Of a DNA stretch of 64,000 nucleotides, positions 32,158-51,345 are shown piece after piece. A program made the position numbers and the translations under genes. Each line of letters opens with the position of its first letter. Position 1 is the stretch's first letter. Below the pieces are notes generated by a model. That model made no database searches. It saw nothing but the letters and a program-made list of their open reading frames with translations, and was not told the origin of the DNA. Source of the stretch: the human T2T-CHM13v2.0 reference genome, Homo sapiens; assembly GCF_009914755.1 (NCBI RefSeq), contig NC_060927.1. One strand, given 5' to 3'.

Positions 32158-32232
32158 AAAAAAAAAAAATCCACAAAAAAAAAAATCAACAGTATTTTTA
32201 GGTGATACATACAAAATCAAAATAATTTATAC

Positions 32233-33695
<1,463 letters not shown>

Positions 33696-34764
33696 TAGAT
33701 TAACAACAATGAAACTTACAATAAAGTCACTTACCCAGGAATCTAACAAACGATGCATAATATGTAAACACAGAATACTATAAATCATTGCGGATATAAA
33801 TGAAAGATAATCTAAATAAATGGGTACTCCACTTACATATTTTGGAAAACTCAATATTCTGGAGATGTCAATTTGTCTCAACCTTGTCTATAGCTTAATG
33901 CAATTTGATTCAAAATTTCCATAGGTTTCTATTTGTGGAACCCAATAAATCTGAAATGTATACTGAGGCATTGTGAGTAAAGAGCACAGATAATTAAAAT
34001 AGGCTTCTTACTTTCTGGGTTTGAATACTGGCTCCATCAACTACTCTGTGACTATGGTCACGTTACTTAACCCTTCAAAGAAAACAGGAAAGATACAATT
34101 TGGTGCCCATATGGGAAAAACAGTTGACTTGAACTTCACTGATTTGGCATGTATTTATCAAGGCCCTCCTTTTGGCTGAGGAGACCCCTCTGGAAAGAAT
34201 GGTATCCATTTCTTCCTGGCAGTGTTCACCATTCTCCAAACCACTGACCTGCGGCCTGGTTCATGAAATGGTGGGTGGCTACTAGACAAAGATCTCTGAA
34301 CAAACCTGTCCTTCCATAGTTCTATTCCTGGAAGTCTCAGTGAGTCTACACCAGCCCTGGAAATGAGGAATTCAGGGGCCAACTCCCATCCTCAGCTGAG
34401 TTATTTCCAAGGAACTGGACTGCTCCAGCATCTGCCCCATGAACAAGAGCTCCAAAGCAGCAGAGTCTGGCCTTGGCTCAGTGCCAAGTAACTACCCAGA
34501 CTTCAGGACACCTCCCATATGCATGGCTCCTTACCTCAGGCTCCCACCAAAGTCCAGGGGGCCTCCTATACCATGCCTGATGAGGCTGGGAAACAAGGGG
34601 AGAAGTCAGGGAAGAGGCCATAATAAGCCTTAGCCTATTCCTGAGGTTGGTTTGTCTACTGACTTGGCCATTTCTTGGAGTTCCAGTGCCAAGTTCCAAA
34701 GGCCCAGTCTACCCATAAAGAAGAGGCTCACCCATTCCAAGAGCAGCCGAAACCAGCTCACTCA

Positions 34765-36103
34765 TTTATTTGACTGAGAACATTAAGAAGGACAACAAAA
34801 TTAAACATTCTTTAATAAAATTCCTATAGAAAGCTCAGTCATAGGGCAAATACTCAGTTCTCTTTCCCATATCACCGAGGATTGAGAGCTCCCAATATTC
34901 TTTGGAGAATAAGCAGTAGTTTTGCTGGATGTTGCCAGGACTCAGAGAGATCACCCATTTACACATTCAAACCAGTAGTTCCTATTGCACATATTAACAT
35001 TACTTGCCCCTAGCACCCTAAATATATGGTACCTCAACAAATAACTTAAAGATTTCCGTGTGGCGTGAAACCATTTCAATTTGAACTAATATCCTTGAAA
35101 AAAATCACATTATTACAAGTTTTAATAAATACAGTAAGAAGAGCTGGCATTTTTCTAAAATACTGAATTTCAGATCTGGAGTTTATTCCATAAATAGGTT
35201 TCTTTTCATTTGCTTGCTTTCTTGGATACATTTGCTCAAGTATTATTCTCTATGAAGTGAACTCTTTCATAGATACCATATAAAAACTGTATTAATATGT
35301 GCCTCATTATAGAAGCAGCTGGAAGAACTGGATCACACAGTTACCTAACTGAAAAGTAACTTAGGAAAAAGCTCTGCTTTTTGTAAAACTTTAAATCACA
35401 GGCTGAAGAATACCAAAGAAACATTTATATAGAACTCCCACTAGAAATTTTATAAATATATATGTAGCATATTTATATATATTATATTTGCCTCACCAGT
35501 AGATTTTCAGCAAGTCTGGCTGGAATGATGCTATCATGGAAATAAATATTAACAAAAGAATTAATGAGTATCCACAGGTTTACAAGATTTCTTCTGGAAA
35601 ATAATCATAAATTCAAATTATATTATAATTTGCAGTTTACACAATTTTAAAAGGGAAGAAAGATGCCTTTCTTTTTAGCTTCATTTGGACAGTAAGAACA
35701 GCCACCAACCCCCAGGTGTGGAAAAGTTGTTGGCTGAGTGACAATACTTGGTCACAACATTGAAAAGAAGTATTTACACCATTCTGGGAAGTACCAAATA
35801 TTAGAAAAAACAAACAAAAACGGAAACAATCCCTAGTAGCATTCCTTGGCGTGCAAAGTCAGCAGGAAATGATTATCCATTGACAGTTTTCATGATAAGT
35901 CTTGGAAGCATTCAAAAAGCAGAGGGAATCATCGGGGATTGTTCAGATTAGGTTCTGTGGGATGCCTTGTTCTTAATTTAACTCTGAGTTCCAGGATTTC
36001 ATTCCCTTTATAACATCTCTAACAGGGTCATGTTCAATTTAGTGCAAGTGCAAAATGAAAATGAAATGAAACCAACAAATACATTAGGAGCGAAGGCTGA
36101 TCG
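34765..36103 (-). other. PIK3CB: PIK3CB 3'UTR with candidate poly(A) signals (AATAAA 35187-35182, ATTAAA 34816-34811, AATAAA 34770-34765)
   Basis: Repeat-free AU-rich sequence after the stop; hexamers read on the - strand. The true 3' end cannot be fixed from sequence and may lie further down. Confidence 0.65.
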
Positions 36104-36241
<138 letters not shown>

Positions 36242-36853
36242 CTAAAATGGAAGGGGGAAAATATGATTTTATATAACTTTAGTAGAGATGTGCAAATATC
36301 AAAGTCTGCAGGAGGCTGGATTGGTTGTGCCTCCCCAGCCACCATCAGGCAGCATGCTTCATGTTCTTATTTAAATATCATCTGCAGGAGGCAGAACCCC
36401 AAGATAGGGAGATAATATGACTTCTTCCAAAAGGTTTTTGAAGATGAAAATAATTTATAATTACTGCAGGATGCACAGCTGCTTGCCACTACCACCCAAA
36501 TCCAGTAAGATGACTCAAGACCTACTAAGATCCTGGCAAGAAAAAGGCAGACTGTGGAAAATCAAGGTGGCAACCCGCTCCTGATCTGCGGTCTTTCAGT
36601 AATGTGAGTAAGAAGGCTACAGCCCAATACCAGTCTTCTTTACGCCCCTTCTACTGATGGGAAAATCTTCTGGGTTACAAGCTACTCTACAAAATTCCTC
36701 CTTTATGTACTTCCCAGATTCTTTCCCTCCTGGCTAAGAACCATCTTAGAGGAAATGACTTTGTTCTACTTCCTTCAGCCACTTGAATAAAACAGGCAGC
36801 TAAAACTGAGCTCAATGCCCACAAAGTCCAAGAGAGAAGGAAAAGTGGTTTTA

Positions 36854-37024
<171 letters not shown>

Positions 37025-37493
37025 TTAGAGGGGAGAGAGCACATTTCATACAGGAAATTAAGAAAACACAGCTAGACTTTCTATTAGAATAAGAAAATTC
37101 CTACTGAACTAAAGGTTCATTTCTGATTTTTACTTCTGCGAAAATTGTCCCAGGACTAAAATCTACATAAAACAATCAATCTCTCTAACATCACAGATAT
37201 ATTTTTCAAAAACAAAACTAAATAGAAATTCTATGACGAAAGGCTATTACATTTTTAATAATAATCTAGACTTTTTAATTCTATGAGACACAAGAACTGA
37301 TTATTAAATCAGTTATAATTATAATCCACAAGGATTTCTGAACATACTTCTGGGTTCTATATTTGTGGTCTGATTCCAGAAACTAATTTTTTAAAAGTCC
37401 CCTCAATCAGTGTCAGTGCTTTTGCTCCTTCCTGTCATCCTGCCTTCCCTCTCTCTCCTCTTCAAGATGGTCCCTCAAGAAGATCATCCAATG

Positions 37494-37780
37494 TTTTTTT
37501 TTTGAGATGGAACCTTGCTCTGTCTCCCAGGCTGGAGTGCAGTGGCGTGATCTTGGCTCACTGCAACTTCTGCCTCCCAGGTTCAAGCAATTCTGCCTCA
37601 GCCTCCTGAGTAGCTGAGATTACAGGCGTGTGCCACCACACCTGGCTACTTTTTGTATTTTTAGTAGAGACGGGGTTTCACCATGTTGGTCAGGCTGGTC
37701 TCAAACTCCGACCTCCAGTGATCTGTGTGCCTTGGCCTCCCAAAGTGCTGAGATTACAGGCATGACCTACCGCGCCAGGC
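37494..37780 (-). mobile_element. Alu (S-like)
   Basis: Antisense dimer. Confidence 0.9.
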
Positions 37781-38403
37781 TGAGGACCATCCAATCGTAT
37801 CCCCTTATTTTGCCAAAGAGAAAACTAGACCCACTGAGGTATATTCTGCAGAAACCCAAACAGAACTATAAAGGATAGTGACAATGATTTGTTAAGTATG
37901 TGTTGGTTACATGATATGTCTCTAACCATCATAGTAGCCCTTAATTTCATATTTTTGTCCCCATTTTAAGATGATACAAAGGCAAAAAGACAAGTATTAT
38001 GCTTGGGAACATGTAGGTAGCCAGTAATAGATCAGAGATTAAAAAATTTGCCCTGAATTCTAGTTCCCTTACTGTACTCCATACACAATGACAGCAGATG
38101 TCTTTTCAGCATCTTCCTATCAACTGTCTTAATAGTTTCAGAGAATGTTCTGAAACAGGTAAAAGGTAGTATATTATTGGAATAAAATATAATAACTATT
38201 TTAAATTTCTAGCATTCTGTTTCTCCTATCTGGGAATTTCTGAACCAGCACAATAATCTGACAGGCAAATTCCCCCAAAAGCTTCCTATAATCAGACTGA
38301 ATATCTCCCAGATCCAAATATATCTCAGCTAAGAAATGCTGGTCCACCTGGTCAGATAAGAAAATGTTAGAAGTGTTCAGCCTTGGCACAAGGGCAGTAC
38401 TCA

Positions 38404-38568
<165 letters not shown>

Positions 38569-38856
38569 TTAATTTCCTTCATTTTTCTGGTGGGTTCCAA
38601 ATATAAAGGCAAAACCTCCATAGTCCTAGACCCCCAGGAACTATACCCATCCACATCTGAGCCCTTCTCCCTCTGTTTATAGCCCACTGAGCCAGGTGAG
38701 AAGAGACCATATCTAACACTCTTAAGACTTTTACAATCAATAATAAATAACCCTGATATTAAACTGTAGATATCTAGTGGAAAAGGAGACGCTTTAGAAA
38801 GAAAAATACATCCAAAGAATTAAAATGTCTGATTTTTAAAAAGTCAAATAGTTCTA

Positions 38857-39188
<332 letters not shown>

Positions 39189-39758
39189 GTACATCCTTGC
39201 CCTACTAGCTCCCCACATTGAGTGCTACTCTTTAGAGGTAACTTCTTACTCTTCTCACTAGGTGTTTTTCCTGGTGTCTGCCTCCATTTTTCTAAATAAT
39301 ATGTTTATATTTATTTTTGCTCCCTAATTGTATATTACTATTCTTATTATGGAAGATAAAGATTTAGTACTTTTATGCTAACATAATGCTACACACTGTG
39401 GCACATTATGTCATAATTTCTGGTTACATCAATATTCAGTGTTTTTATTTTTCACATGTTCACCTTTTTTCCTTTAGAAAACTGTACGCATGTATTCATT
39501 CATTCATTTAGCTTAGTGTTCTATGACCTTAGCATTAATTCTTCCCAAACTCTCCTTAAAAATCTACAAATCAAACAACAACAAATCTACAAATCATTTT
39601 CAAAACTGTTTTCCAGACAGTCAGGTAATCTACTGGTTTCTAGCTGGGCTGGTTGTTCTCCGGTGTTGCTGCAGAGCCATCATCCTGGGCCTTCCCTTTC
39701 CTCTTCTCCCATTTGGAGCCCGTTTTGTGTCCCACATCACATTCTCTTTTGGTTGAGA

Positions 39759-39962
39759 CCAGGGTTTCTCAATACTGGCACACACTGACATAGGCCATAT
39801 AATTCTTTGATATGGGGTTCTGTCCTGTATGGGTGTTTAGCAGCATCCCTGGCCTCTATCCACTGGACTACCCCACCCCCCAGTTATGACAACTAAAACT
39901 GTTTTCATATATTAACAAATGTCCCCTGAGTGAAAAATCACCCCACTTGATAATTATTGGTT
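39759..39962. mobile_element. MER20 (hAT-Charlie)
   Basis: CAGGGTTTCTCAA...GCAGCATCCCTGGCCTCTATCCACT...AATGTCCCCTG. Confidence 0.75.
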
Positions 39963-40082
39963 TAGGCACTTGTTTTGGTAGATGTCCTTATTCTGGCAGC
40001 CTCTGAGAAAAGATGCAGAGGAGTGACAAGTTTTGTGACCCTGCAAGTTGGAAAAATGTCTTCATTCTACCCTTTATACTTG

Positions 40083-40700
40083 ACTGGGCGTGGTGGCGCA
40101 TGCCTGTGGTCCCCCAGCTGCCTGGGGAGGCTGAGGCAGGAGAATCACTTGAACCCAGGAGGCGGAGGCTGCAGTGAGCCGGGATCACGCCACTGCACTC
40201 CAGCCTGGGCGACAGAGCAAGTCTCCGTCTCAGAAAAAAAAAAAAAAGTTTGGTTATCGAATTTTAGGTTAGAAATCATTTTCCCTCAAAATTATGAAGG
40301 CTAACGTGCACTGTCTTATAATTGCCAATGTAGCTATTGAGGAGCCAAGTCATTTTGACTTCTAAACTCTGGTATGTGGCCTGCTGTGTCTCTGTGAAAG
40401 TTTTAAGACTTTCTCTTTACGTCTGATGCACTGAAATTTCATAGTGCAGGTACTTAGTAAGGGTGTTTTTCTTCCGTTCTCAGAAAATTTTTGTGCTATT
40501 TTGACTGGATATTCATGAACATTGGCTCTGGGAAATGTCTTAGTATATTATTTGCTTAGTAAGTGCCCTTCTTTCCTCTTCTTTTTTTTTTTTTTTTTTT
40601 TTTTTTGAGACGGAGTCTCGCTCTGTCGCCCAGGCTAGAGTGCAGTGGCGTGATTTCAGCTTACTGCAAGCTCCACCTCCCAGGTTCACGCCATTCTCCT
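40083..40700. mobile_element. Two truncated Alus, right arm only: 40083-40247 (+), 40582-40700 (-)
   Basis: Right-monomer sequence with A/T tails. Confidence 0.85.
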
Positions 40701-41249
40701 TCTTTCTGGAATATCCATTAGGCTGAGAGTATACCTCCCTGGACTGAGTCTCTATTGTTTCTGGATCTTCTCTCTATTTATCATATTTTTTGGAGATATT
40801 AAGGCATGGTGGATTAAAAAAAAAGAATATGAGCCAAACTCCCAGGGTTAAAATCCTGATATGTCTACTCTCTGTTGCCTTAATATCCTCACTTGTAAAA
40901 TGGGGCTATTGCCGCCACTCTATAAGGTTGTCATCAGGCCTGAAGGCATTAGATTATATATAAAGCACTTACAACTATGCCTGCCACAAAATATTTACAC
41001 TATTTCTATTTTAACTTTTTGTTTGTTCCTATTTCTAATTTTCAAGACCTCTATGTGCTGATTGTAAAAAACAGAATCCTATTATTACTTTAAAGATACA
41101 ATATATTTTTTTGCTTTGATTTTTAAAATCACCCTCTGTTTACTGCAGTTACCCTGTTTTCCCAGAGTTCTTTTCTTTTCTTCCCTATTTTGCTTATTTG
41201 GTTTCTATCTTTCATGGTAGAGGTTTCCCTTAAATGTCTGCTAATCCAG

Positions 41250-41548
41250 TAGAGAGTAGAATGGTGGCTGCAGGTGCTGGGGAGATACTGGTCAAATAAT
41301 ACAAAATTTCACTTAGGAGGAATAAGTTCAACAGATCTGTCTTACAACATGGCAACTATAGTTAACAACAATATATTGTATTCCTGAAAACTGCTGAAAG
41401 ACTAGGTTTTAAATGTTATCATCACAAAAAAAGATAAGTATGTGAGGTAACACACAGGTCAGCTCAATTTATCAAGTCCACAATGAAGACATACTTCAAA
41501 ACAATATGTCGTACATGATAAACATATTCAATTTTTGTCATTTTTTAA
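41250..41548 (+). mobile_element. L1MA 3' end fragment
   Basis: GAGGAATAAGTTCAA...CAACATGGCAACTATAGTTAA 3'UTR motif. Confidence 0.7.
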
Positions 41549-42829
41549 AAGTATATTAATCCTTAGCTGACCATTCATATTTAACAATGAATCACTAAAA
41601 AGCTGAATGAAAATTCTATGTACATGGTAGGCTTGCTTGTTGATTGGTGGACTTCCTTGTATAGAAACTAGGGAGAAATCTCAACTGTCAGATCTGCAGG
41701 ACTTTTCAATGGAACCAATCAGATTTCTAGAATAGAATCACCTAGTCTTTTGATGAGGGTCAACTATACATCTGGCTGCCACTGTTCTTAGAATAAAGCA
41801 AGTGGAAGTGGCTGCAGATTGTACCATTTACTACGCCGACTTTCACTCCATCTCCATTTTTAATATGGGACCCTTTCTTGTAGTCTCTGTAGAAATAAGT
41901 GTGCTTGAGTCAGAACCAGTTTCTTCAGAGAATAAATCTGTCTCCTTCTTGGCATAGGGAAGGGGACTTGAGTGCCTAACTGTTCCATATATAAGCTGCC
42001 AACTAGTTCTGTTTCAGCCTCTTTCTGTATCCCTCCTTGAACAGTATACATGGTGCCTCTGATTCCAGAGCTTTTATGGGACTTGCGTACCCCTTTACAA
42101 GTACTGACTTTCTATTTTCTCAGTTCTGCTAAGTCACTGCCACTTCTCTATCTCACTTTCTATCACCCCGAAGTCTGGTAATAGGTTTCACCCACTGTGG
42201 CCTATTTTCCTATCATCTTTGACTTCTTGAGTTTATATATTTCTTAATTCCTTATTATTGTTTTAGAGGTGTAAAAGAAGAAAATGGAGATAAATCTAAG
42301 TGTTTAATGTGATTGGACGGAAGTCCAAGGGACTCCTTTTAAGTATGGACACGAGATTCCTCAATCGTACATGGTGCATTCATGTATTATAGTGCATTAC
42401 AAATTCATTCCACATCAACTCTCAAAGCCCAAGCCAGAACTAATCCAGATTTCCAAGGAGATACAAAACTGTGGGTCCCTCATAGAACCAAAGTTCACAC
42501 AGTGACCCAGAGAGATTTTCATTCTAGTATGCCTCTAATGTGGGAATTCCTAGGGGGGCTAAACTGAAAAATTATCTAAGATATCTCATCTGTTTTTGCT
42601 TAACATAAAAAGTGTTTACAAATATGTCACTCTGAAAAATGAAATTTTCATTTGAAAACTTAAGTACTTTATAAACAACATGGTCTAGATTCCCTAGGTA
42701 CCCCAGAATGCTATTACTCACACGACTGTTCTCCCTTCTCCCATATATAATTAGGTATGATGTTCTAAAAGAGAAAATAACTCAAGTGGGGTTCATCCCA
42801 ACTTTTTTTTTTTAGCATTGGTAATCTTT

Positions 42830-43986
<1,157 letters not shown>

Positions 43987-44102
43987 TAAATTTAATACAT
44001 CCAGTACATTATCCGCTCCTTCTGTTAGGTACAAATGTATCCCAAATACTATTTCTTATATTGAAGAACAGGCCACTTTAACTACAAAAATTTTTTCAAT
44101 AA

Positions 44103-44407
<305 letters not shown>

Positions 44408-44564
44408 TAAACAAATAAATGCTTACCATCAAGCAAGCAAACAAATGAATACATGTAGTAGACTATATATGAAACGAGAGGTAGTGAGAAATTGAAGTAA
44501 AGACAAAGATATGACACTAAGAATCACAAAAGAATCTGGCTGAGTTGCACAAGAGATTATGCTA

Positions 44565-44882
<318 letters not shown>

Positions 44883-45732
44883 TCAGCCAAGGGGAGTGTG
44901 GGTGGTCTTCACAGGGGCTGGGCTGAGAGAGCTGCCTTCAAAGACATTAAATAACTGGGCCTTAGATATTCAAACGTCCTGGGAGCTGTGTTTCGGTGGG
45001 GCTGTGAGTAGACTCATGTTCACAGTACTTAGAAGAGACCATGGCTTTGCTAGATCATGCTAGGGGTTGGGAACATTTTAGTTAGTTTTGACCAAAGACT
45101 GACTACAATTTCATGTTTAAGAGTTAAGCACTGCAGTTTCAAACATTTAAGTCACTGATTTCAATTAGAAGTAAGTAATAGAGATTCCCTGGAGACAAGG
45201 CCTTAAGATCAAAATTTGGAAACTGATTTGCATATTACAAGTTCTCGATAAAATGTGTCTGACTCTGAAGTCTTTAGCCAAAAATACTTGCAGACCATTT
45301 CCCCCTCACACTGTGAAGTTCTTTTATTTCCTATATATTAGTGCTTTTCTAACACCATAGCCATAATTCCAAACATTGCATTTTTTAGTTTGGAGAAATC
45401 ACAATCTACCAACTCATTAAAAACTCACTTAAGTTCATATATTCACATAATTAGAGAAGCTGATGCACTTGAACAAAGGCTTCAGTATGTTATCTTTAAA
45501 TACTTAAATTCATAGATTGTAACTTTACTGCGGGGCTCCAAAATTTGATTTAGATAAAGTAGAATTCAACATTCACCATTTACAAGACTTTACGAAGGGC
45601 TATGTGTCATTTTGTTCTAACAAGAAATGAAGCAATAGATAAAAAACACTAATATTTCCTCTAACACACTGCTGACTTCTATTGGGAGCATACAGTATTT
45701 GTTTGGCTGTTTGTACAGAAAAATGATAATTA

Positions 45733-45942
<210 letters not shown>

Positions 45943-46339
45943 TTATATTTTCCTTAAAATGAAACATTAATTTGGTAAGATTTTCCCTTTACTTTTTAAA
46001 AAAAGTTTTATTATTATTGATATACTTGCCATTACTATATTATTGTCATATGGAAAAACACAAGTTCCACCAAAGGAGTAAATCTCTTGGCCAACAGAAG
46101 GAGTAATTTACAAGGATTCCAATGTGCCAATTACATATAAAATTTTTTGTCTAATTATTCTGGTGAAACATTCTATTTGCTTGTGTAGGTGGACAGAAGT
46201 ACATTGGATCAAAGTCTTTCACTCTTACTCTACATTTTGGGGAAATAAACTACTCTTTATGGAATACCCAGTAAGTGCCATGTGCCAGACTAGCCACTAT
46301 ACATATTATCTTGGTTAAGGGAAACTCCGTCCTTCTGGT

Positions 46340-47183
46340 GGCACCATCTCAGTTCATTACAGCCTCTACTTGCCAGCCTCCAGCCATCCTCTCACCTCAG
46401 CCTCCTGAGTAGCTGGGACTACAGGCATGTGCCACCACGCCGGGCTAATTTTTAAAAACTTTTTTTGACACAGGGTTTGGCCACGTTACCCAGGCTGCTC
46501 TTGAACTCCTGGGTTCAAGTGATCCTCTCACCCCAGCCTCCCAAAGTGCTGGGATTACAGGTGTGAGCCACCACATCAGAGCAGCAAAAGCAATACGACA
46601 TCAATGGGTTTTCATGCTGACTTCTCATTTCTTGAGTTGAGATTTTACCTCCCCAATTAGATTGCAAACTCCTTGGAGACAGCAACTTTAACTGAAAAGA
46701 GGTGACTGGGTATTTACAAAGGACTAGTCATCTGTCAGAAAGGTAAGAATTGATATTCTAACTAGACCAATACATTCTGAAAAATAGATTATCAATTAAA
46801 TGTTTTGCTCAATTAATAGGTGGCAGTTTGCTTTGATTTGCACTTATTTGATGCCTAGTAAAGATAATTATTCTCAGATCTCTTTTGGCCATTTTTTTTA
46901 AGAGTCAGTGTGTCTCTTTATTGCCCAGGCTGAGTGCAGTGACACGATCATAGCTCACCATAGCGTCAAATCCCTGGGCTCAAGGCAATCCTCCCTCCCT
47001 TGGCTCTAGAATAGCTGGGACTACAGGTGAGTGCCACTACGCCTGGCTAGTTTTTTTATTTTTTTGTTTTTTGTAGAGATGAGGTCTTGCTTTGTTGCTA
47101 AGCTTGTAACTCCTGGCTTCAAGTGATCCTACTGCCTTGGCCTCCTAAAGTGTTGGGATTACAGGCATGAACCATTGCACCTG
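46340..47183 (-). mobile_element. Two AluJ-like elements (46340-46578; 46892-47183)
   Basis: Diverged antisense dimers. Confidence 0.85.
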
Positions 47184-47632
47184 GATCTTTTAAGCATTCT
47201 AAGATTTCTTTTGTGACTTAGCTATTTACATTCTTTGCCTATTTATTAGGGCTTTAGACATTTTCTTCAGTAACTTATATGAGCTCTTTGTATATTAATA
47301 TTACCTTTTTCTCATTTTGGTTGCAAATATTTTCTCTAATTTCTATTATAATAAGAACACCAAAATGGAATGAGATATCTTGAAAGGTTCAAATAAAGAT
47401 CAGGTAGCTACAGAAAATACAATGGATGGAATTCATGCACTCAGTAAATACTCGGGTACAGCTAACCAAGCATTGTGTTAGATCCTGGTGATACAGAAAT
47501 AAGCAACAAACAAACAAGAAAACCAGAGCAGCAGTCCCTACACTCACTGAGCAAATGTACAATGTGCATGTGTGATCTCTGTATAAGGAAGAAGTGCCAG
47601 GAGAACATGGCAGGAGTCAAAAAAGACTTCCT

Positions 47633-48073
<441 letters not shown>

Positions 48074-48209
48074 TCATACTCCTAAAAGCACTGAGAAAGC
48101 TTCCGAAGGACTTTATGAGCGACAAAGAGAGGCTGTGTGTGTGTTGTGGGGAGGAGGGAGTATATGAGTGTGTTAGCATGTATCACAATCAGATAGTTTC
48201 TAAAATTAA

Positions 48210-48796
<587 letters not shown>

Positions 48797-49391
48797 TAAA
48801 AGCACTTTTCTAGTTCTAGCAAAATGAGGTTGGGGGCAGAACTGTCAAAATACAAAATAAGAGAATGAAGCATTCTCCTAATGCAGCATTAATGTTTTTA
48901 ATGAGACCCCTTATTCTTATCATGACATAACACATGTAAAGCAAACACTGCCAGGTTAAAGTGCACTTTCTCACTTTCCTGCATCTCCTCTCACTCCAGT
49001 TGCAGCCAAGGTAGGCAGAAGTCCAATAACTTCCTTTTCAAAAGCAGGCAACGATGAAAGCTTTCAGTGCCTTGAGGGTAGAATGTTCACAATGAGAAGG
49101 AAAAAACATCCTTCTCAGAGAGTTTGACAGAAGTCAAGCTGGGGACAAACTCTTGGAGCCCTAATCATCTCACCTAGGTACCCTCTGCACTCAACTTCTA
49201 CACTTCTTACAAAGGCCAAGACTACAATTTCAGTAATGTTTACCCTCCTTTCTCAGACTCTCTGACTGAAGTAGCAATCTGTTACCTTTCACACTAAATC
49301 AAACATTTAAAAATGAAATAAATTCTACAACACGGGGATGGCAGCTCCATATCCTTACTCTAAACAGGTATATAGCAAGTTATCTGGCTTT

Positions 49392-49655
49392 AAAAATTTG
49401 TTTTACAACTTGTATATATTCATGGGGTAGAAGTACAATTTTGCTACATTGATATATTGCACTGTGGTGAAGTCAGGGCCTTCAGTGCATCCATCACTGT
49501 AGCAACACACATTGTACTCACCAAGCAACCTGCCATCAACCACCCATGCCATCCCTCTAAGTCCCCACTACCCATCAACCCACACCCTGCTTCTATGTGT
49601 ATATATTATTTAGCTTCTACTTATGAGTGATATTATGTGGTATTTATCTTTCTTA
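49392..49655 (-). mobile_element. L1MA/L1PB 3' end fragment
   Basis: CAATTTTGCTACATTGATATATTGCACTGTGGTGAAGTCAGGGC antisense 3'UTR. Confidence 0.65.
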
Positions 49656-49757
49656 TCTCTGATTCTGACTCTGACACAATGACCAAAGTCTGAGTAGTAC
49701 CTTAGCCATGGCTTCCAAAGGAGAAAAGTTTAAATCTTTTACCTAATGCTTGCATTA

Positions 49758-50139
<382 letters not shown>

Positions 50140-51177
50140 GGGGGGGGGGATGTAAAATGTAAACTCCATTAGTGTAATTCAGATATGAAGTCTTAATGGA
50201 GGCAACTGTCAAAAAATTGATTTCACATGTATTTGTTGGGGTAGAGTGGGGGTGTGCAGAGGACTGGCAAATCTACCCACGGCCAGATAGGTTTATATGT
50301 AGCCAGCCTATAAGATTTGCTTATTACTTCTTCACCAAAGGAGGTCAGGGAGTCCTAACACATCAATGTCTTATAAATGATCTAAGCTGACATGAAAGGT
50401 ATCAAAAGAGTATTTTGGAACGTCATAGAAAAATGAAAATGAGCAATATGTATTTTCATTCATGCAAACATGGCACTGTTACAAGTACTAAAACAGTAAT
50501 GTACAGAAGGTACCTCAAGATTTGGGATTGACCTTAAAAGAGTGTGTGCTACATGACCCACTTTAACCTAAACAGCTGGCCGAAAGAAAAAACAAACAAA
50601 ATAGAAACATTGGAGCACATATATTTATAGAAACAGTAAAAAAGGTTTGGTGAGAAAAAGGTACCAGTTTGGAAATGAACTTAAAAAAAAATTAAAGTCC
50701 TTCATTTTTTAAAAACATGGGGTCAAAGTACAAAAAGTCAGCAAAGATCTCACTGGACAGACAAGTTCCTTTTTCTTCGCACAATGCTTCCCATCAGCTA
50801 GACACTAGGTTTATTTCCAGCACTCCCACATGTGGGTGCCTCCCATTGTCTGAGGTCACAATGAACTTCATTTGATGCTAAATGTGCTTTACATTTAGAT
50901 AAATAAAATCAAAACTAAGAGAGAATAACTTGGTTGGGGTTTTCAATTAGGCTGATGGAACTAAGAATGCCAGGAAACAGTCTTTAGCTTAGCTTTTCAT
51001 AACTAAATGAAGCTCATGATATGGCCTGAATCTACTAATTAGCAAAGGAGACCACTGTGTAGCTTCTGTGCTAACCTTGGAAAGAACAAATGAGTTACTA
51101 AACTTCAGCTTAAAGTTTCCCTCCTTTTTTGTGGGATCAGTCAAGTAAAAACATATTCCTGGGGGCTTACTTTATAT

Positions 51178-51345
51178 AGGAGGAGTTGGTAAACTCTTCC
51201 CAGAATGAGCCAGATAATAAATATTTTAGGCACTACAGACTAAACACTCAACTCTGCAGTTGCAGCACAAAAGCAGCCATACATAATATGTAACCAAGTG
51301 GCTGTGTGCCAATAAAATTTCATTTACAAAAACAGGTAGCCCAGG
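51178..51345. mobile_element. MER58A (hAT-Charlie)
   Basis: CCAGATAATAAATATTTTAGGC...GTGCCAATAAAATTTCATTTACAAAAACAGG. Confidence 0.7.
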
